DNA from: an uncultured virus (IMG/VR IMGVR_UViG_3300011223_000001)
Taxonomy: Duplodnaviria > Heunggongvirae > Uroviricota > Caudoviricetes
IMG/VR virus record: IMGVR_UViG_3300011223_000001
Span: 186,001 to 250,000 of that record
Length of the DNA stretch: 64,000 nucleotides
Strand: one strand, 5' to 3'
The notes under the pieces are model-generated. The model ran no database searches. It was given only the letters and a program-made list of their open reading frames with translations, and had not been told where the DNA came from. Position 1 is the first letter of the stretch. Each line of letters starts with the position of its first letter. Positions 40,741 to 50,689 of the stretch are shown piece after piece. Made by a program: the position numbers and the translations under genes.

Positions 40741-41094
40741 ATGGGTAATTACAACTACACCGCTTTGCAGATCACCTCGGCCTGTGGTAAACCCCGCATG
40801 GACCGTGTTGCTGCCAAGGCTACTGAACTGGGTTTGCAGCATACCGGGGTGATCACACTGCCCGTTAACAGAAATTACTACATGGTAGTTTACCCATCGG
40901 GCAGTAAGGCACTGTGGCCTGAGGATGAAGCACACCTCAAGGCCTTGGCTCAGTTGAACCTGTTCATCGAGGAATCCAACCTCGAAGAAGGGGCACGCTA
41001 CATTTGCGCGCTTCAGACCCGGATCATGGACACTGGCGAGGGCATCCCTGCCGGCAGCATCGTCTACGAAACCCCTGAAGTGGAGGAAGAGTAA
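40741..41094 (+). CDS. Hypothetical protein
   Basis: GAGG SD; PSGSK..W motif. Confidence 0.65.
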   Translation: MGNYNYTALQITSACGKPRMDRVAAKATELGLQHTGVITLPVNRNYYMVVYPSGSKALWPEDEAHLKALAQLNLFIEESNLEEGARYICALQTRIMDTGEGIPAGSIVYETPEVEEE

Positions 41095-41732
41095 TGCTAC
41101 AAGCATTTGAACACCGGCGCAATAGTCGCGATGTATTGGCTATTCAGAATGGGTTGATCCAAACGCTGACTGGCGTTATTGGCACCCTTCCAGGCGCAGA
41201 CGTCATGGCTTATGCCGTAGATGATGAAAGCACGTTAAATCACTTTTGGAGGGGCCTCCTCAACATCAAGGCTGACCTTACACCGGGGTGGACGCCGGCG
41301 TTCACGGGTAGCCTCATGCGCATCGAGCTTGCAACGGTCGCTGAGTGGTATGCCCAGGACTACAGCAAACCACCAATGGAACTTGCTGACGGCACCAACT
41401 GGTTCCTGAAGTTTGAAAGTTTCTACGGCATCGATCGCCGCGTCTTCAAACAACTCGAGCCCGAAAAGATCGAGGCCATACTCGAAGCTGAGCTAGCCGC
41501 TAATGGCGAAGTTGTCTGGCCGGTAATCGTCCACATCCTCAAAGCGCGTAAGTTTGTGCTCGAGAACCACCGCTACGAACTTGAACATCTCGATGACGAA
41601 ACCTTCCGCATCACAGGGGTTGACCCGAATGTGGTCGGGTACTACACCATCGACTTCCGATTCCGCGGTGTAATCGAAGACGCGATGCTCAAGGCATGCT
41701 TAAAAGAGGACCCACCCGATGGCGAGGTTTGA
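41094..41732 (+). CDS. Hypothetical protein
   Basis: TAATG coupling; 212 aa. Confidence 0.7.
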   Translation: MLQAFEHRRNSRDVLAIQNGLIQTLTGVIGTLPGADVMAYAVDDESTLNHFWRGLLNIKADLTPGWTPAFTGSLMRIELATVAEWYAQDYSKPPMELADGTNWFLKFESFYGIDRRVFKQLEPEKIEAILEAELAANGEVVWPVIVHILKARKFVLENHRYELEHLDDETFRITGVDPNVVGYYTIDFRFRGVIEDAMLKACLKEDPPDGEV

Positions 41733-42075
41733 CCAAGGACGTAACCAGCAGCAACTGGACAACCCACAGCCCGGTGATTTCTGGTCTGAGCACTTCGTCC
41801 TTTATCTGGTTGTGTTGCAAGTGCTCCCCAACGGCAACCGCGTAGTGGCCAAGAAGGATTACGCGTTCAAAGAACACCAACGGCCAGATCTAGCGAATGC
41901 CTTCGAGATCACCAAGACCGAACACAGCCGCATGGTAAAGTACAGCGGTCATGACGCGTTTATGGCCGATGTTATTACCGGCTGTGGTGACAACTATGGC
42001 TGGCTTCATACGTGGGCCTTCGAATACCATGGCAACTATAAAACCTTAGCTGCAAGGAAAAAGGAGGAGCGGTAA
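41719..42075 (+). CDS. Hypothetical protein
   Basis: GAGGA SD; PQPGDFWSE motif. Confidence 0.65.
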   Translation: MARFDQGRNQQQLDNPQPGDFWSEHFVLYLVVLQVLPNGNRVVAKKDYAFKEHQRPDLANAFEITKTEHSRMVKYSGHDAFMADVITGCGDNYGWLHTWAFEYHGNYKTLAARKKEER

Positions 42076-42144
42076 AAACATGCATTACCCTCAAGTACGC
42101 CCATGCACACGCTGGCCCTCTCCATACCGGGGAGGGAGCGCTGT

Positions 42145-42423
42145 ATGGACAGCGACATGTCATCCGACCGTATCACCCGTGCGTTACGCCGTAAACAAAC
42201 CTACCGTGCTGCTACCCACCAGGTGGCGCTGTACCACCAAGCGAATTGGCATGAGCCTAAATCGCCGGTACTCGGTAAGTTTCGCAAACGCAAAGCGCTG
42301 AACTGTGGTACTTCACGGTGTTATATGTGTGGTAATCCACGGTACACCTGGGGGCGTATCACCCTGGCTGAATACCGTGCCAATATCGCGCGACGTGAAG
42401 CGCTTGCCCATATCGGGCAATAA
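42145..42423 (+). CDS. Small basic Cys-containing protein
   Basis: GGAGGGAG SD; CGTSRCYMCGNPR. Confidence 0.6.
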   Translation: MDSDMSSDRITRALRRKQTYRAATHQVALYHQANWHEPKSPVLGKFRKRKALNCGTSRCYMCGNPRYTWGRITLAEYRANIARREALAHIGQ

Positions 42424-42468
42424 AACCAGCAGGGCGAAAGCCCTGCCTTATAGCTGAGGCTAACTGTT

Positions 42469-43296
42469 ATGCCATCGATGTCAGAATACTCGATGTTTCA
42501 ACGTTTGCGTTCTGTCGTAAACAAGTTCAAAGAACAGGACTATAAACACCACCCATACTTGCTGATTCCCCGTGTTGAGGAACCAATCCGGTTGGAAGAA
42601 CCACACGAACGTCATGGCTGGCGAAATCGCGATGCTGGTGCGATCAGTATCCGCAATAGTCACGCGTGGCACGGGGAGGTATCGATTTCTATCCTCGACA
42701 ACATTCGTGAACCGTTACGTAAAATCTTCGTAGAACGACCACCAAAAACAATCGATGAGCTTTACGGCGACGCAATGTTTCGTGGTCAGTTCACTAAACC
42801 CTATCCGACCTTTGGTGTGACGGGTTCCGAAGCAGCGCGTGACATCATGCGTGAGCTTATGGTTCAGTTGATCGAGGAGGGTTATTCGATCTGGGGCTGG
42901 CGTGCCGAGGCCGGGCCCTCGAGAACACCCGATCGTAATGTGACTATTACGCTCTACAACATGGAGACCAACCACATCAGCACGGTGTATTGCAATATCA
43001 TCGAGGCGGAGTGGCAAGATCCTGAGTTGGCGCCGTTTCGGGCAAAGGGTACGCACTACAAGTCAATCGAATCCCATAACTATCCACCGGTTGATCCCAG
43101 TGTTGTCCATGACTTTTTCAATGAGCACCTACCCGCCGCGGCACAGAATTCAGCGGTAGAGTTCAAAACGAAATATGATGGGTTGGTTGCGTCCGGTTGG
43201 TCAGTACATGCCTTCTTTAATGATGGACGGTTCTACAAAATGATCATGGTCGATGCGCAGCGCGACCGTGTGAAGATTCTGTTCCACCGGATGTGA
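42469..43296 (+). CDS. Hypothetical protein
   Basis: 275 aa; terminator follows at 43295-43345. Confidence 0.75.
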   Translation: MPSMSEYSMFQRLRSVVNKFKEQDYKHHPYLLIPRVEEPIRLEEPHERHGWRNRDAGAISIRNSHAWHGEVSISILDNIREPLRKIFVERPPKTIDELYGDAMFRGQFTKPYPTFGVTGSEAARDIMRELMVQLIEEGYSIWGWRAEAGPSRTPDRNVTITLYNMETNHISTVYCNIIEAEWQDPELAPFRAKGTHYKSIESHNYPPVDPSVVHDFFNEHLPAAAQNSAVEFKTKYDGLVASGWSVHAFFNDGRFYKMIMVDAQRDRVKILFHRM

Positions 43297-43365
43297 CGGT
43301 ATAAGGGCAGGGGCTACGGCCCCTGTTCTTTTATTCCTTTTTTGTCGTTTCCAACTATAGAGAAA

Positions 43366-43382
43366 CCTATATAACGGGCTTG
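43366..43382 (+). promoter_or_regulatory. Early-type promoter (variant)
   Basis: CCTATATAACgggctTG. Confidence 0.65.
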
Positions 43383-43432
43383 AATAACCCCGTTGGTCGG
43401 ACACCCTTAAGGCATCCAAAAAGGACTCTGTC

Positions 43433-44494
43433 ATGCAAGATAATAAGCTAATGGAACACAGTGACTATCCGTCACAAACCAAGTCATCCCCATCGGATCG
43501 TGGCTTGATCATGCCTGAACAACTCCAACAGGTGCGGCTGGGTCGTGGTTATGCCACCGACATTAACGCAGAGGTCTTCGAGCGAGTAATGCCGGCGCGC
43601 CATCATGGTGAAACCGAAACACGGACAGGTACCGGCGGGTATTATGCGTTCGATCCCGAAACAGTTTCTGCTGCCAAATCGATAATCGAACAGCGAGGCA
43701 GCTTACACGAGATGGAATACTTCAATCGTAAGTTGCGCCTGTCCGGCTATAATGCCGATTTCGACGGTAACGCGCTGAACGATACCCCGAAAGAACCCGA
43801 GCGCCATATACCGCGCTTCATCTTCGAACCCGATACGATCCTCTACCAAGAGATCGAGAAGGTCAATGTACGTTTGCGTCTCCCTTACAAGGAATGTTTG
43901 TTCGTACAGGAGTTGCAGTCAGCTTCTGCGCTGGCGGCACCGAATCCCGATACGTTCGATGTCTATGCAATGGAGCTTTCGGACACAAAGTTCTTCTTCA
44001 TGTTCGAACTGTACGGCATTGCGTTCAACGTCCAAGTCAACCAATTCCGTAACAAAGACATGGACGGTCAGGTGCAGTATAAAGCCTGGCTGGCCGAGGG
44101 CCCAGATAAACATCTCAACCCCAAGGACAAGAAGCATACACTGGCGGATACAGCATTCCGCTCGGTAGCGCCCGTCATTGCGTTCTTGGAGGGTTTGTCA
44201 GAAGGCATGTACACGTTGGAACGTGAAGGTGTACAAGTACCACCAAGTCAGGTACCCCCACCTGCCAAAGAAGGTATCGAGTTCAAGGTTCGTAGTTTGC
44301 ATGCAAACCAACCCACTAAGGTCTCGGTACCTCTGGGCGGTACCCACGCTTCACCACGCGAGCATCACCGTCGTGGTTACTGGCGCCGCAGTGCAAGCGG
44401 TAAGAAAGTATGGATTGGTCCTGTCGTTGTTAACAAAGGCAAGACCGAAGGGAAGATCATCAAAGACTATCAAATCATGGACCCTGTCAAATGA
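43433..44494 (+). CDS. Hypothetical protein with NADFDGN segment and C-terminal HxRRG[HY]WR domain
   Basis: GYNADFDGNALN; GGTHASPREHHRRGYWRRSASGKKVWI. Confidence 0.7.
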   Translation: MQDNKLMEHSDYPSQTKSSPSDRGLIMPEQLQQVRLGRGYATDINAEVFERVMPARHHGETETRTGTGGYYAFDPETVSAAKSIIEQRGSLHEMEYFNRKLRLSGYNADFDGNALNDTPKEPERHIPRFIFEPDTILYQEIEKVNVRLRLPYKECLFVQELQSASALAAPNPDTFDVYAMELSDTKFFFMFELYGIAFNVQVNQFRNKDMDGQVQYKAWLAEGPDKHLNPKDKKHTLADTAFRSVAPVIAFLEGLSEGMYTLEREGVQVPPSQVPPPAKEGIEFKVRSLHANQPTKVSVPLGGTHASPREHHRRGYWRRSASGKKVWIGPVVVNKGKTEGKIIKDYQIMDPVK

Positions 44495-45288
44495 AAAATA
44501 TCAACACCACCCCTGTTTATGTTACCCCTAAGCCTGGGGTGCGTGCCTTTCTCGACTTCGAATTCAACGGTAAAAACGGCCAGATATTGTCGGCGGCGAT
44601 TGTCACCGACACAGGGGAGAAGTGGTACGAGGTTATCGAATGTTCACCGGATATTCTCGTACCGTGGGTGGTGGAGCACGTTATGCCGTACCTCGGTAAA
44701 CGTGCCGTGACCCGTGAGGTATTCTTCGAGTCGTTCCAGCGTTTCATAGATCGGTTTGGCTATGTGGAGTTTTTCTACAATGCCCACGCTGATCGACGTT
44801 ACCTGGACGAAATCGTAGCGCGAGTGAACATGCCGCTGTATCGCTGTATCCGCGACGGTTTCCTGTCGGCTAAAAGCTCAACCACACCACACAACGCCTT
44901 GGCCGATGCCACGGCAATTGTGAATCACGTGTGTGGTCGTGAAACACCACTGGAAGGGGCTCCGAAGGGTCCTACCGAGCGTCAGCTTTTCAAGGCGTTG
45001 TGGGATCGGGGTTATCATTTCGATGCCCGGGATGTGGTTATCCAAGTCACTGAGGTTACCAGCCATACGGGTGGGGCTCGCGGCCGGGTGGAGCAACTGG
45101 AAACTGCTGGTATCTTGGCGGGCATGGGAGCCCTTTGTTTTGCACCCCATGTTCCCGGCGCTGTTTTGCACACGGGCTTGGTAGAGATCACACCCCTGCG
45201 TAACCGCAGCAATGCATCGATCACCCCGATGCATGGGGTGACCCAAGTCCCTATCTATTTCTACACCACCCCTGAGGAAATGGCATGA
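44491..45288 (+). CDS. DEDDh exonuclease (paralogue of 20159-20590) with C-terminal extension
   Basis: FLDFEFNG..GQILSAAIV, PWVVEHVMP, HNALADA. Confidence 0.72.
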   Translation: MKNINTTPVYVTPKPGVRAFLDFEFNGKNGQILSAAIVTDTGEKWYEVIECSPDILVPWVVEHVMPYLGKRAVTREVFFESFQRFIDRFGYVEFFYNAHADRRYLDEIVARVNMPLYRCIRDGFLSAKSSTTPHNALADATAIVNHVCGRETPLEGAPKGPTERQLFKALWDRGYHFDARDVVIQVTEVTSHTGGARGRVEQLETAGILAGMGALCFAPHVPGAVLHTGLVEITPLRNRSNASITPMHGVTQVPIYFYTTPEEMA

Positions 45289-45896
45289 TCTTCTCCCGTG
45301 CAGTAAAGGTCGGTGAAAACGCCGACTTTCCTGAATTCACCGGAATTCAGGTACACATGCAAGCACTTACGATTAGCTATGTCCGGGGCGTCGGTACCTG
45401 GCATCGTTGTATTGAAGGAGTGCCCAGCGGTTATATACCGCTGGTTGAACAGATGCTCACAGTTGCCGCAGAAGACTATGAAAGGGTCAACCGCAGCAAA
45501 GAGTATGGCACCCTCTACGTGACCATCGATGAGCGCGAAATCCCAGCAGGACAAACCCATCGTCGGGGTGGTGCTCATTACGACGGTGTGTACTACATGA
45601 TCCGAGATAAAGATCCCCGTTGGAACACAGTGCAACATGGCGGTGTGTTGCAAGGCGGGGGTATGATTATTGCCGCGAGTCATGTCGGTAGTCGTGGCTG
45701 GCGGGGTACTCTACTGGGTGTGGCTGGTCCTGGGGGTGATTGCGACCATATGCGCGACCAGTTAAAGGAACTGGAAGCATTTGACATGGAGGCAGGGGCG
45801 ATATACCACGGTAATGCCACTTTCGTCCATGAGTCCATCCCCGTCGCTGAAACCACACGACGTCAGTTGATTCGTATCAGTTACTCCAAGCTCTAA
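45285..45896 (+). CDS. 2OG-Fe(II) oxygenase-like protein
   Basis: HRRGGAHYDG (HxD), distal VHES and RQLIRI. Confidence 0.65.
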   Translation: MIFSRAVKVGENADFPEFTGIQVHMQALTISYVRGVGTWHRCIEGVPSGYIPLVEQMLTVAAEDYERVNRSKEYGTLYVTIDEREIPAGQTHRRGGAHYDGVYYMIRDKDPRWNTVQHGGVLQGGGMIIAASHVGSRGWRGTLLGVAGPGGDCDHMRDQLKELEAFDMEAGAIYHGNATFVHESIPVAETTRRQLIRISYSKL

Positions 45897-45953
45897 GGAA
45901 CCACATAATCCGTGGGGGCCTTCGGGCCCCTGCTTTGCCATCTGGGGTAAGTC

Positions 45954-46376
45954 ATGCTTTTAGAAGAATTGTTCGATAAAGGAATCCGTACCCAAGACGA
46001 CGGGCATTTTCTACGCAGCGCCGGAATGGTTATAGAAGAGGACACGTTTGAAATCTTGCGTGCGTTTGCCCTGTATTCCCAAGCCCATCGCATCGTGTGG
46101 GTGGCGGGGGCCAATGTGCGTCAGCGTTTGCTCAACCGCCAATACTTAGGTACACCCAAAGAATTCGAGGCCAAGTCGTCTACCCACCCGAATATTTTCG
46201 GGCAGTTGCGTTACGCCGATGTCTACTGTTTCAGCGATACACAACCTGAAAAGTGGAACAACGATACGTTGATTGCGATCGGGGTGGATCGTGATGACCG
46301 GGTGATCGAATACGCTGGTGTGCGTATTTACACTAATCGAGAAGAACCATGCAAACAGCAATCGATGGCGCCTTAG
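45954..46376 (+). CDS. Hypothetical protein
   Basis: 140 aa after a UUCG hairpin. Confidence 0.65.
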   Translation: MLLEELFDKGIRTQDDGHFLRSAGMVIEEDTFEILRAFALYSQAHRIVWVAGANVRQRLLNRQYLGTPKEFEAKSSTHPNIFGQLRYADVYCFSDTQPEKWNNDTLIAIGVDRDDRVIEYAGVRIYTNREEPCKQQSMAP

Positions 46377-46744
46377 AGAAGTTTACGAAACACTACGTCG
46401 ATGGGATGGTCGTTCCCTCCCGCATTGACATTTTAAATCGCTTTGGCGTCTGTATGGAGACTGAGCGCAGGCCGATTAAAGAAGGTAAAGCAGACGGTTA
46501 TTTCGGCGTCTGGCACGAAGGTCTTTTGATCGGTGTGTGGCGCTTCAACATCATCGATGGCTTAGTGGGTGCGCCACAGGCGTATCTGCTGAACTGGGCC
46601 GCTATGTTCACCTGGCTAATGGAACAACTCACAGCGTATATGCCGCCTGACTTCCACTTAGCGGGTTGTCGTATACGGGCCGATCTGGTTCCGCATATCA
46701 AAACCCTGCAAGAGGGTTCCACCACGACCGCTATTTTGTTCTGA
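46349..46744 (+). CDS. Hypothetical protein
   Basis: 131 aa. Confidence 0.6.
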   Translation: MQTAIDGALEKFTKHYVDGMVVPSRIDILNRFGVCMETERRPIKEGKADGYFGVWHEGLLIGVWRFNIIDGLVGAPQAYLLNWAAMFTWLMEQLTAYMPPDFHLAGCRIRADLVPHIKTLQEGSTTTAILF

Positions 46745-46752
46745 GGTGTGCA

Positions 46753-47541
46753 ATGGACTATCGATCGATACAACATACGACTACCGATAATTATCGAGAG
46801 TCGACTGACCGACCGTTGATGCGCGTGCGGTTCCTAGTGCCAAATCAAACGGCTCCCGTGAACTGGCCTATTGACAAACCGTACTGGTGTACGGGAAGCA
46901 GCAGTGACGGCAACTACGTGGTGGCCTATGTCGAAAGTCTGGACGAGCTTCAACGCAATTGGCCCGATGCGTTCGACATCGACGTAATGGATGAAGATCT
47001 CACTGCCATCGGCTATTCTTCAAGGATGCCTAAGCCAGATTGGCTTGAGCCTGAGGCCCTAGCCAGAGCACGACATGAGTACGCCGGTTTTCCGGTTTAC
47101 GGGGAGTCTGGGGCTTTTCCCTACACCCCAGCAGGCTATGCCGACGCTTGCCGGGTAAGCCACAAGTTTGCCACGTCGGTGTTCGATGGAAAACTGTCGG
47201 TCGAGCAAATGTTATTCATCCACCACGTAAACATAGATGTGTGGCGGACACCTGAACATGAACGTGAAGCACTGCTCAACACACCAGCAGATCCGGCACT
47301 GACTCCCACCCGTGAACTCCATGATGCCCTGCGCAGCACTATCCACCGTGTCGTGGACTTTAATTGCGGCGGCCGGAGTATTGAAGAGAACCAAGAGTTC
47401 ACCGCTGAGCTAATGTCTGGCATCGGCCATGTGTTACAGGGTGATGGAGTGACCACAGGTTACATCGTAGCGCCACGAGCGGAGCCGTCGCTGGACCTGT
47501 CACTGCACCTTGCGTCGTATTTCAGTTTGATCAATAACTAA
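46753..47541 (+). CDS. Multi-domain protein ending in IN[NST]-tag domain
   Basis: N-terminal PVNWP...YWCTG...VAY...WP.A...RMPKPDW domain; C-terminal IGHVLQG...GYIVAP...DLSLHLASYFSLINN. Confidence 0.75.
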   Translation: MDYRSIQHTTTDNYRESTDRPLMRVRFLVPNQTAPVNWPIDKPYWCTGSSSDGNYVVAYVESLDELQRNWPDAFDIDVMDEDLTAIGYSSRMPKPDWLEPEALARARHEYAGFPVYGESGAFPYTPAGYADACRVSHKFATSVFDGKLSVEQMLFIHHVNIDVWRTPEHEREALLNTPADPALTPTRELHDALRSTIHRVVDFNCGGRSIEENQEFTAELMSGIGHVLQGDGVTTGYIVAPRAEPSLDLSLHLASYFSLINN

Positions 47542-47551
47542 GGAGCTGGTC

Positions 47552-47905
47552 ATGGAATCCGCCCTTCGAAACCACTTACTGGTACAGCTTTTGGCACAAC
47601 GACGTCAAATGGACGACTATATCCCACCTGACGAACATCGGGTTATGGTTGCCAAGGCAGAAGCCGATCCAGTCAAGCACCACACTGTAGGTGTCTACAA
47701 TAACGACGAGTACAAGGAGAACTGTGTTCCCTCCTTTGAACTCGAACAGCACGTGAAGTACAACATCAGCATGCGTCCTGGTCGAGCATTGTTTGTCGAT
47801 GGCAAATGCGTTCACCAAGGGTATCTCAACGAAGAGCGCTGTAAGGCTTGGGAAGAAAAGATCAAAAACTGGCCCATGCCGAAGATCAGTTACCCACGTC
47901 ATTAG
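47552..47905 (+). CDS. Hypothetical protein
   Basis: TAAGGAG SD; RPGRALFVDG motif. Confidence 0.7.
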   Translation: MESALRNHLLVQLLAQRRQMDDYIPPDEHRVMVAKAEADPVKHHTVGVYNNDEYKENCVPSFELEQHVKYNISMRPGRALFVDGKCVHQGYLNEERCKAWEEKIKNWPMPKISYPRH

Positions 47906-47913
47906 GAGGCCAA

Positions 47914-48288
47914 ATGGCAAAAGTAAAATTCTGGCTAAGCTCGGCACGGATGATTGGAAACTGGCAGATCTGCGATGTCGATGAGAATCTGGTTTCTATT
48001 AACGAGACCAGTAGACCAGCTACTGTGGACGATTATGTTCGTTATCTCGGGCATGTGCGTACCGAAGCTAGCGCAAAAGACATGCTGGAAGGCATCTTGA
48101 TAGTAAAGCCAGCTGAGATCATCCTCATGCGTGGTAACTATGAAAATAACCAAGGCGCCGTTATCGTGAAGACAAACGTCCAGCTCAACATCACAGACTT
48201 TGGTTTCAGTGCCTTGGCATCATTCACCGGCGATATCGCTTACGGGCTGATGGCAGTAGAAGGATTTATCATCGAAGTACCGGAATGA
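47914..48288 (+). CDS. Hypothetical protein
   Basis: AGGAGG SD. Confidence 0.65.
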   Translation: MAKVKFWLSSARMIGNWQICDVDENLVSINETSRPATVDDYVRYLGHVRTEASAKDMLEGILIVKPAEIILMRGNYENNQGAVIVKTNVQLNITDFGFSALASFTGDIAYGLMAVEGFIIEVPE

Positions 48289-48411
48289 GTTTTTGGCACA
48301 CGAAGAAGATTTCGCGTTCCTTAAGAAACTACGATCGACCTCATAGGCAGTTATGGTCAATGTAGGGCGTCACTGGGGTAGCTGACCCTTTCCACATCTA
48401 ACGAGGCTATC

Positions 48412-49110
48412 ATGTCTAAAGAACTGCAAGCAACCCCTGGTCAGTTGGCTGAACTGAAGTTGATCGTGCCAGGTATTGAACGTCGCATCAACGAATCCCA
48501 GATGGACACCTTAGCGTGCAACCTGGACTTCATCGTCGCCAATAACACCCCGGTGCGTGAACACCTCGCGTACATGGTGCGTGTGGCGCGTGCCACTGAG
48601 CACGACCTGGTTGACGTGGTGCGTACCATCAACTTTGCTAGACTTGGTCCGATCATGGAAGCAAGGAAGTTTGCAGCCATCGAATCGCAGGGTTATGCCA
48701 TTCAACCGATCATGGCCAGCGTCTACAAACCGGCTTACGCATACACTATCGGTCTGTCGGGTGTAGTTGGGTTTGAGCTATTTGCCCATGCCGGCGGTGA
48801 TGCGGCGCTGCTTGCAAGTGTCGTTCAGCACTATGCTGAACTTGCTAAACAACATGAACATATCGAGCACGAGCGCAACGATACGGCCAGCATGCGCAAC
48901 CGTCCTAAACAGGGCGTGCGTACATTGGCTGTTCCAGTGGAAGTCTTGGTAGCCAAGCAGGACTTTCTTATGCAGACCTTCGGCGACCCTATCAAACGGG
49001 TATACCAGATCTTGATCGCCGATGCCGACAATCGCCTACCGGGTGAATGTGGCTACGACAATGCTGCTTGGCCACAGCCTCGTTTACCCCGTCCGATTCT
49101 TGGAGGTTAA
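48412..49110 (+). CDS. Protein with DUF4262-like C-terminal domain
   Basis: PAYAYTIGLS...EL...Q...D...RLP.E.GY. Confidence 0.55.
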   Translation: MSKELQATPGQLAELKLIVPGIERRINESQMDTLACNLDFIVANNTPVREHLAYMVRVARATEHDLVDVVRTINFARLGPIMEARKFAAIESQGYAIQPIMASVYKPAYAYTIGLSGVVGFELFAHAGGDAALLASVVQHYAELAKQHEHIEHERNDTASMRNRPKQGVRTLAVPVEVLVAKQDFLMQTFGDPIKRVYQILIADADNRLPGECGYDNAAWPQPRLPRPILGG

Positions 49111-49111
49111 T

Positions 49112-49636
49112 GTGTTACCATCTATCATCACCTCGGTGCGAGACGCACTCAACAGCGGTGCAGCTGAAGACGTACTCTGTGCATTGAACTTTCGATCGGC
49201 CTTGGAATCGGGCGAGTTGCCCAGCAAGGAAGGTATGTCCCGTTTGGTCGAACTGGGGTTTGCCTGCACCGACTACAACATGCACAAAGCACATCGCTTG
49301 ACTGTCGCTGGAAAGATCGTGGCCAGCGAATACTACAAGGCCTTAATAAGCGAGGGTCAAGAAGTCGCGGGTACACGTTCATTCACCATGCGTGAACTGC
49401 GGCCATTGCTGACGTCAAACGTCATTCGCTGGATGTCATCCAAAGTGGATTCTGCCCAGTTCTTGCTCGAAACACCAAACAGTCAGATGTATCATCTTTT
49501 CGACCAGCAATCCAATCCGGCCTTCGAAAGCTTCAGCTATCGCAGCGCTGAAACCGAGGGGACGCCCTGGGTACGAATCGATCTGACGGTGGGTGATCGG
49601 GGTGTTGAAATTCTCGTAAGTCCGCGGTCGATCTGA
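49112..49636 (+). CDS. Hypothetical protein
   Basis: GGAGG SD, GTG start. Confidence 0.6.
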   Translation: MLPSIITSVRDALNSGAAEDVLCALNFRSALESGELPSKEGMSRLVELGFACTDYNMHKAHRLTVAGKIVASEYYKALISEGQEVAGTRSFTMRELRPLLTSNVIRWMSSKVDSAQFLLETPNSQMYHLFDQQSNPAFESFSYRSAETEGTPWVRIDLTVGDRGVEILVSPRSI

Positions 49637-49845
49637 TGTTGTATGAGGTCGAGGTGAACCGTGAGTATCTATCCCCTTCTGGCCTAACGTTTAAAGTCCT
49701 GTACCGTGCCAAGCATGGTCAGGACTGCTCCTACCCCCAGGTAGTTTACACCAACCTAACTGCAACGCACGATCGCCCTGCTGGGGAAATTTGGGTGATC
49801 GCTGAAAGCCTCTTCATGAAGCAATTCCGAGAAAAACCAGAATGA
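49636..49845 (+). CDS. DUF1653-like small protein
   Basis: FKVLYRAKH......VVY.......IWV.....F pattern. Confidence 0.5.
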   Translation: MLYEVEVNREYLSPSGLTFKVLYRAKHGQDCSYPQVVYTNLTATHDRPAGEIWVIAESLFMKQFREKPE

Positions 49846-50126
49846 AAAAGAGTCATCTGCTGTTCACTGCACTGTTTGCCTGCGTAGCTGCTCACGCTGC
49901 TGAGGTTGTAGGGAGTGTCGAGGCTCAGGTGGTCACTGCCGCCTGTGTGAGCAAAAAGGAAAGTGTGTTGTCTTTCCTCAGTGGTGCGCCAAAATACAAC
50001 TGTAAGCTGTGGATCGAAAGTGAATACGGTCAGCAGCACATCCAACTAAAGCTGACTCACCCCGTTAAACGTGGTGACCGGCTGACGCTGATTCAAACCA
50101 GCGATAACGAATACACCGTACAGTAG
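49842..50126 (+). CDS. Exported small protein
   Basis: Signal peptide MKKSHLLFTALFACVAAHA. Confidence 0.65.
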   Translation: MKKSHLLFTALFACVAAHAAEVVGSVEAQVVTAACVSKKESVLSFLSGAPKYNCKLWIESEYGQQHIQLKLTHPVKRGDRLTLIQTSDNEYTVQ

Positions 50127-50134
50127 GAGTTCAC

Positions 50135-50596
50135 ATGGCTATTCATATTACCGTTGTGGGTTTTGGTAAAGAAGCCGACACCTCGAACACCGCCTTCCTT
50201 TCGCATTGTGGTTTTTTGGAAGAAGTGGCCGGTAAGGATCTGACGGGTAAAGCTGACCTAGGCATCGTGCGCACGCAATATCCGGATGCCGTCGACATCC
50301 GCCATATCGCATTTAAAGATGTCAACATCGACTGTCGACATGCCGCATTGGTGTTCCAAAAGCCTTTTGAAGGTATCGAACCAGACACCGAAGAAGCCAC
50401 CAATCGGGCTGAGCTGATGGGCTGCATCCTGGCTGAGACGGCCGGTCGGTTTGGCTCATTTGAATTGGTCAAAGAGGTCGAAGGGTTGTTCGAAGACGAC
50501 GAGGGCAACATGGCGTACGTCTTTAAGAACGTAGCCAGTGCGATCGAAGCGGACATTGCCAAAGGTTTCCACGATCAGCTTCGAAAAACCAACTGA
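50135..50596 (+). CDS. Hypothetical protein
   Basis: AGGAG SD; 153 aa. Confidence 0.7.
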   Translation: MAIHITVVGFGKEADTSNTAFLSHCGFLEEVAGKDLTGKADLGIVRTQYPDAVDIRHIAFKDVNIDCRHAALVFQKPFEGIEPDTEEATNRAELMGCILAETAGRFGSFELVKEVEGLFEDDEGNMAYVFKNVASAIEADIAKGFHDQLRKTN

Positions 50597-50689
50597 CAAC
50601 ATAAGGCGAGGGGCATCCCCTCGCTATGCCCGGAACTTACCTATGACTGACATCAAGCGGTACATCGAAGTTGCAGAGAAGGAAGAAAT

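Noticed and set aside
50135..50596. Other proteins ending in Asn (LRKTN here; also IIRMN, ILKPN, GLWN) as extra tag members
   Set aside because: They do not fit [FY]xx[IV]N[NST]-stop, so they were excluded.
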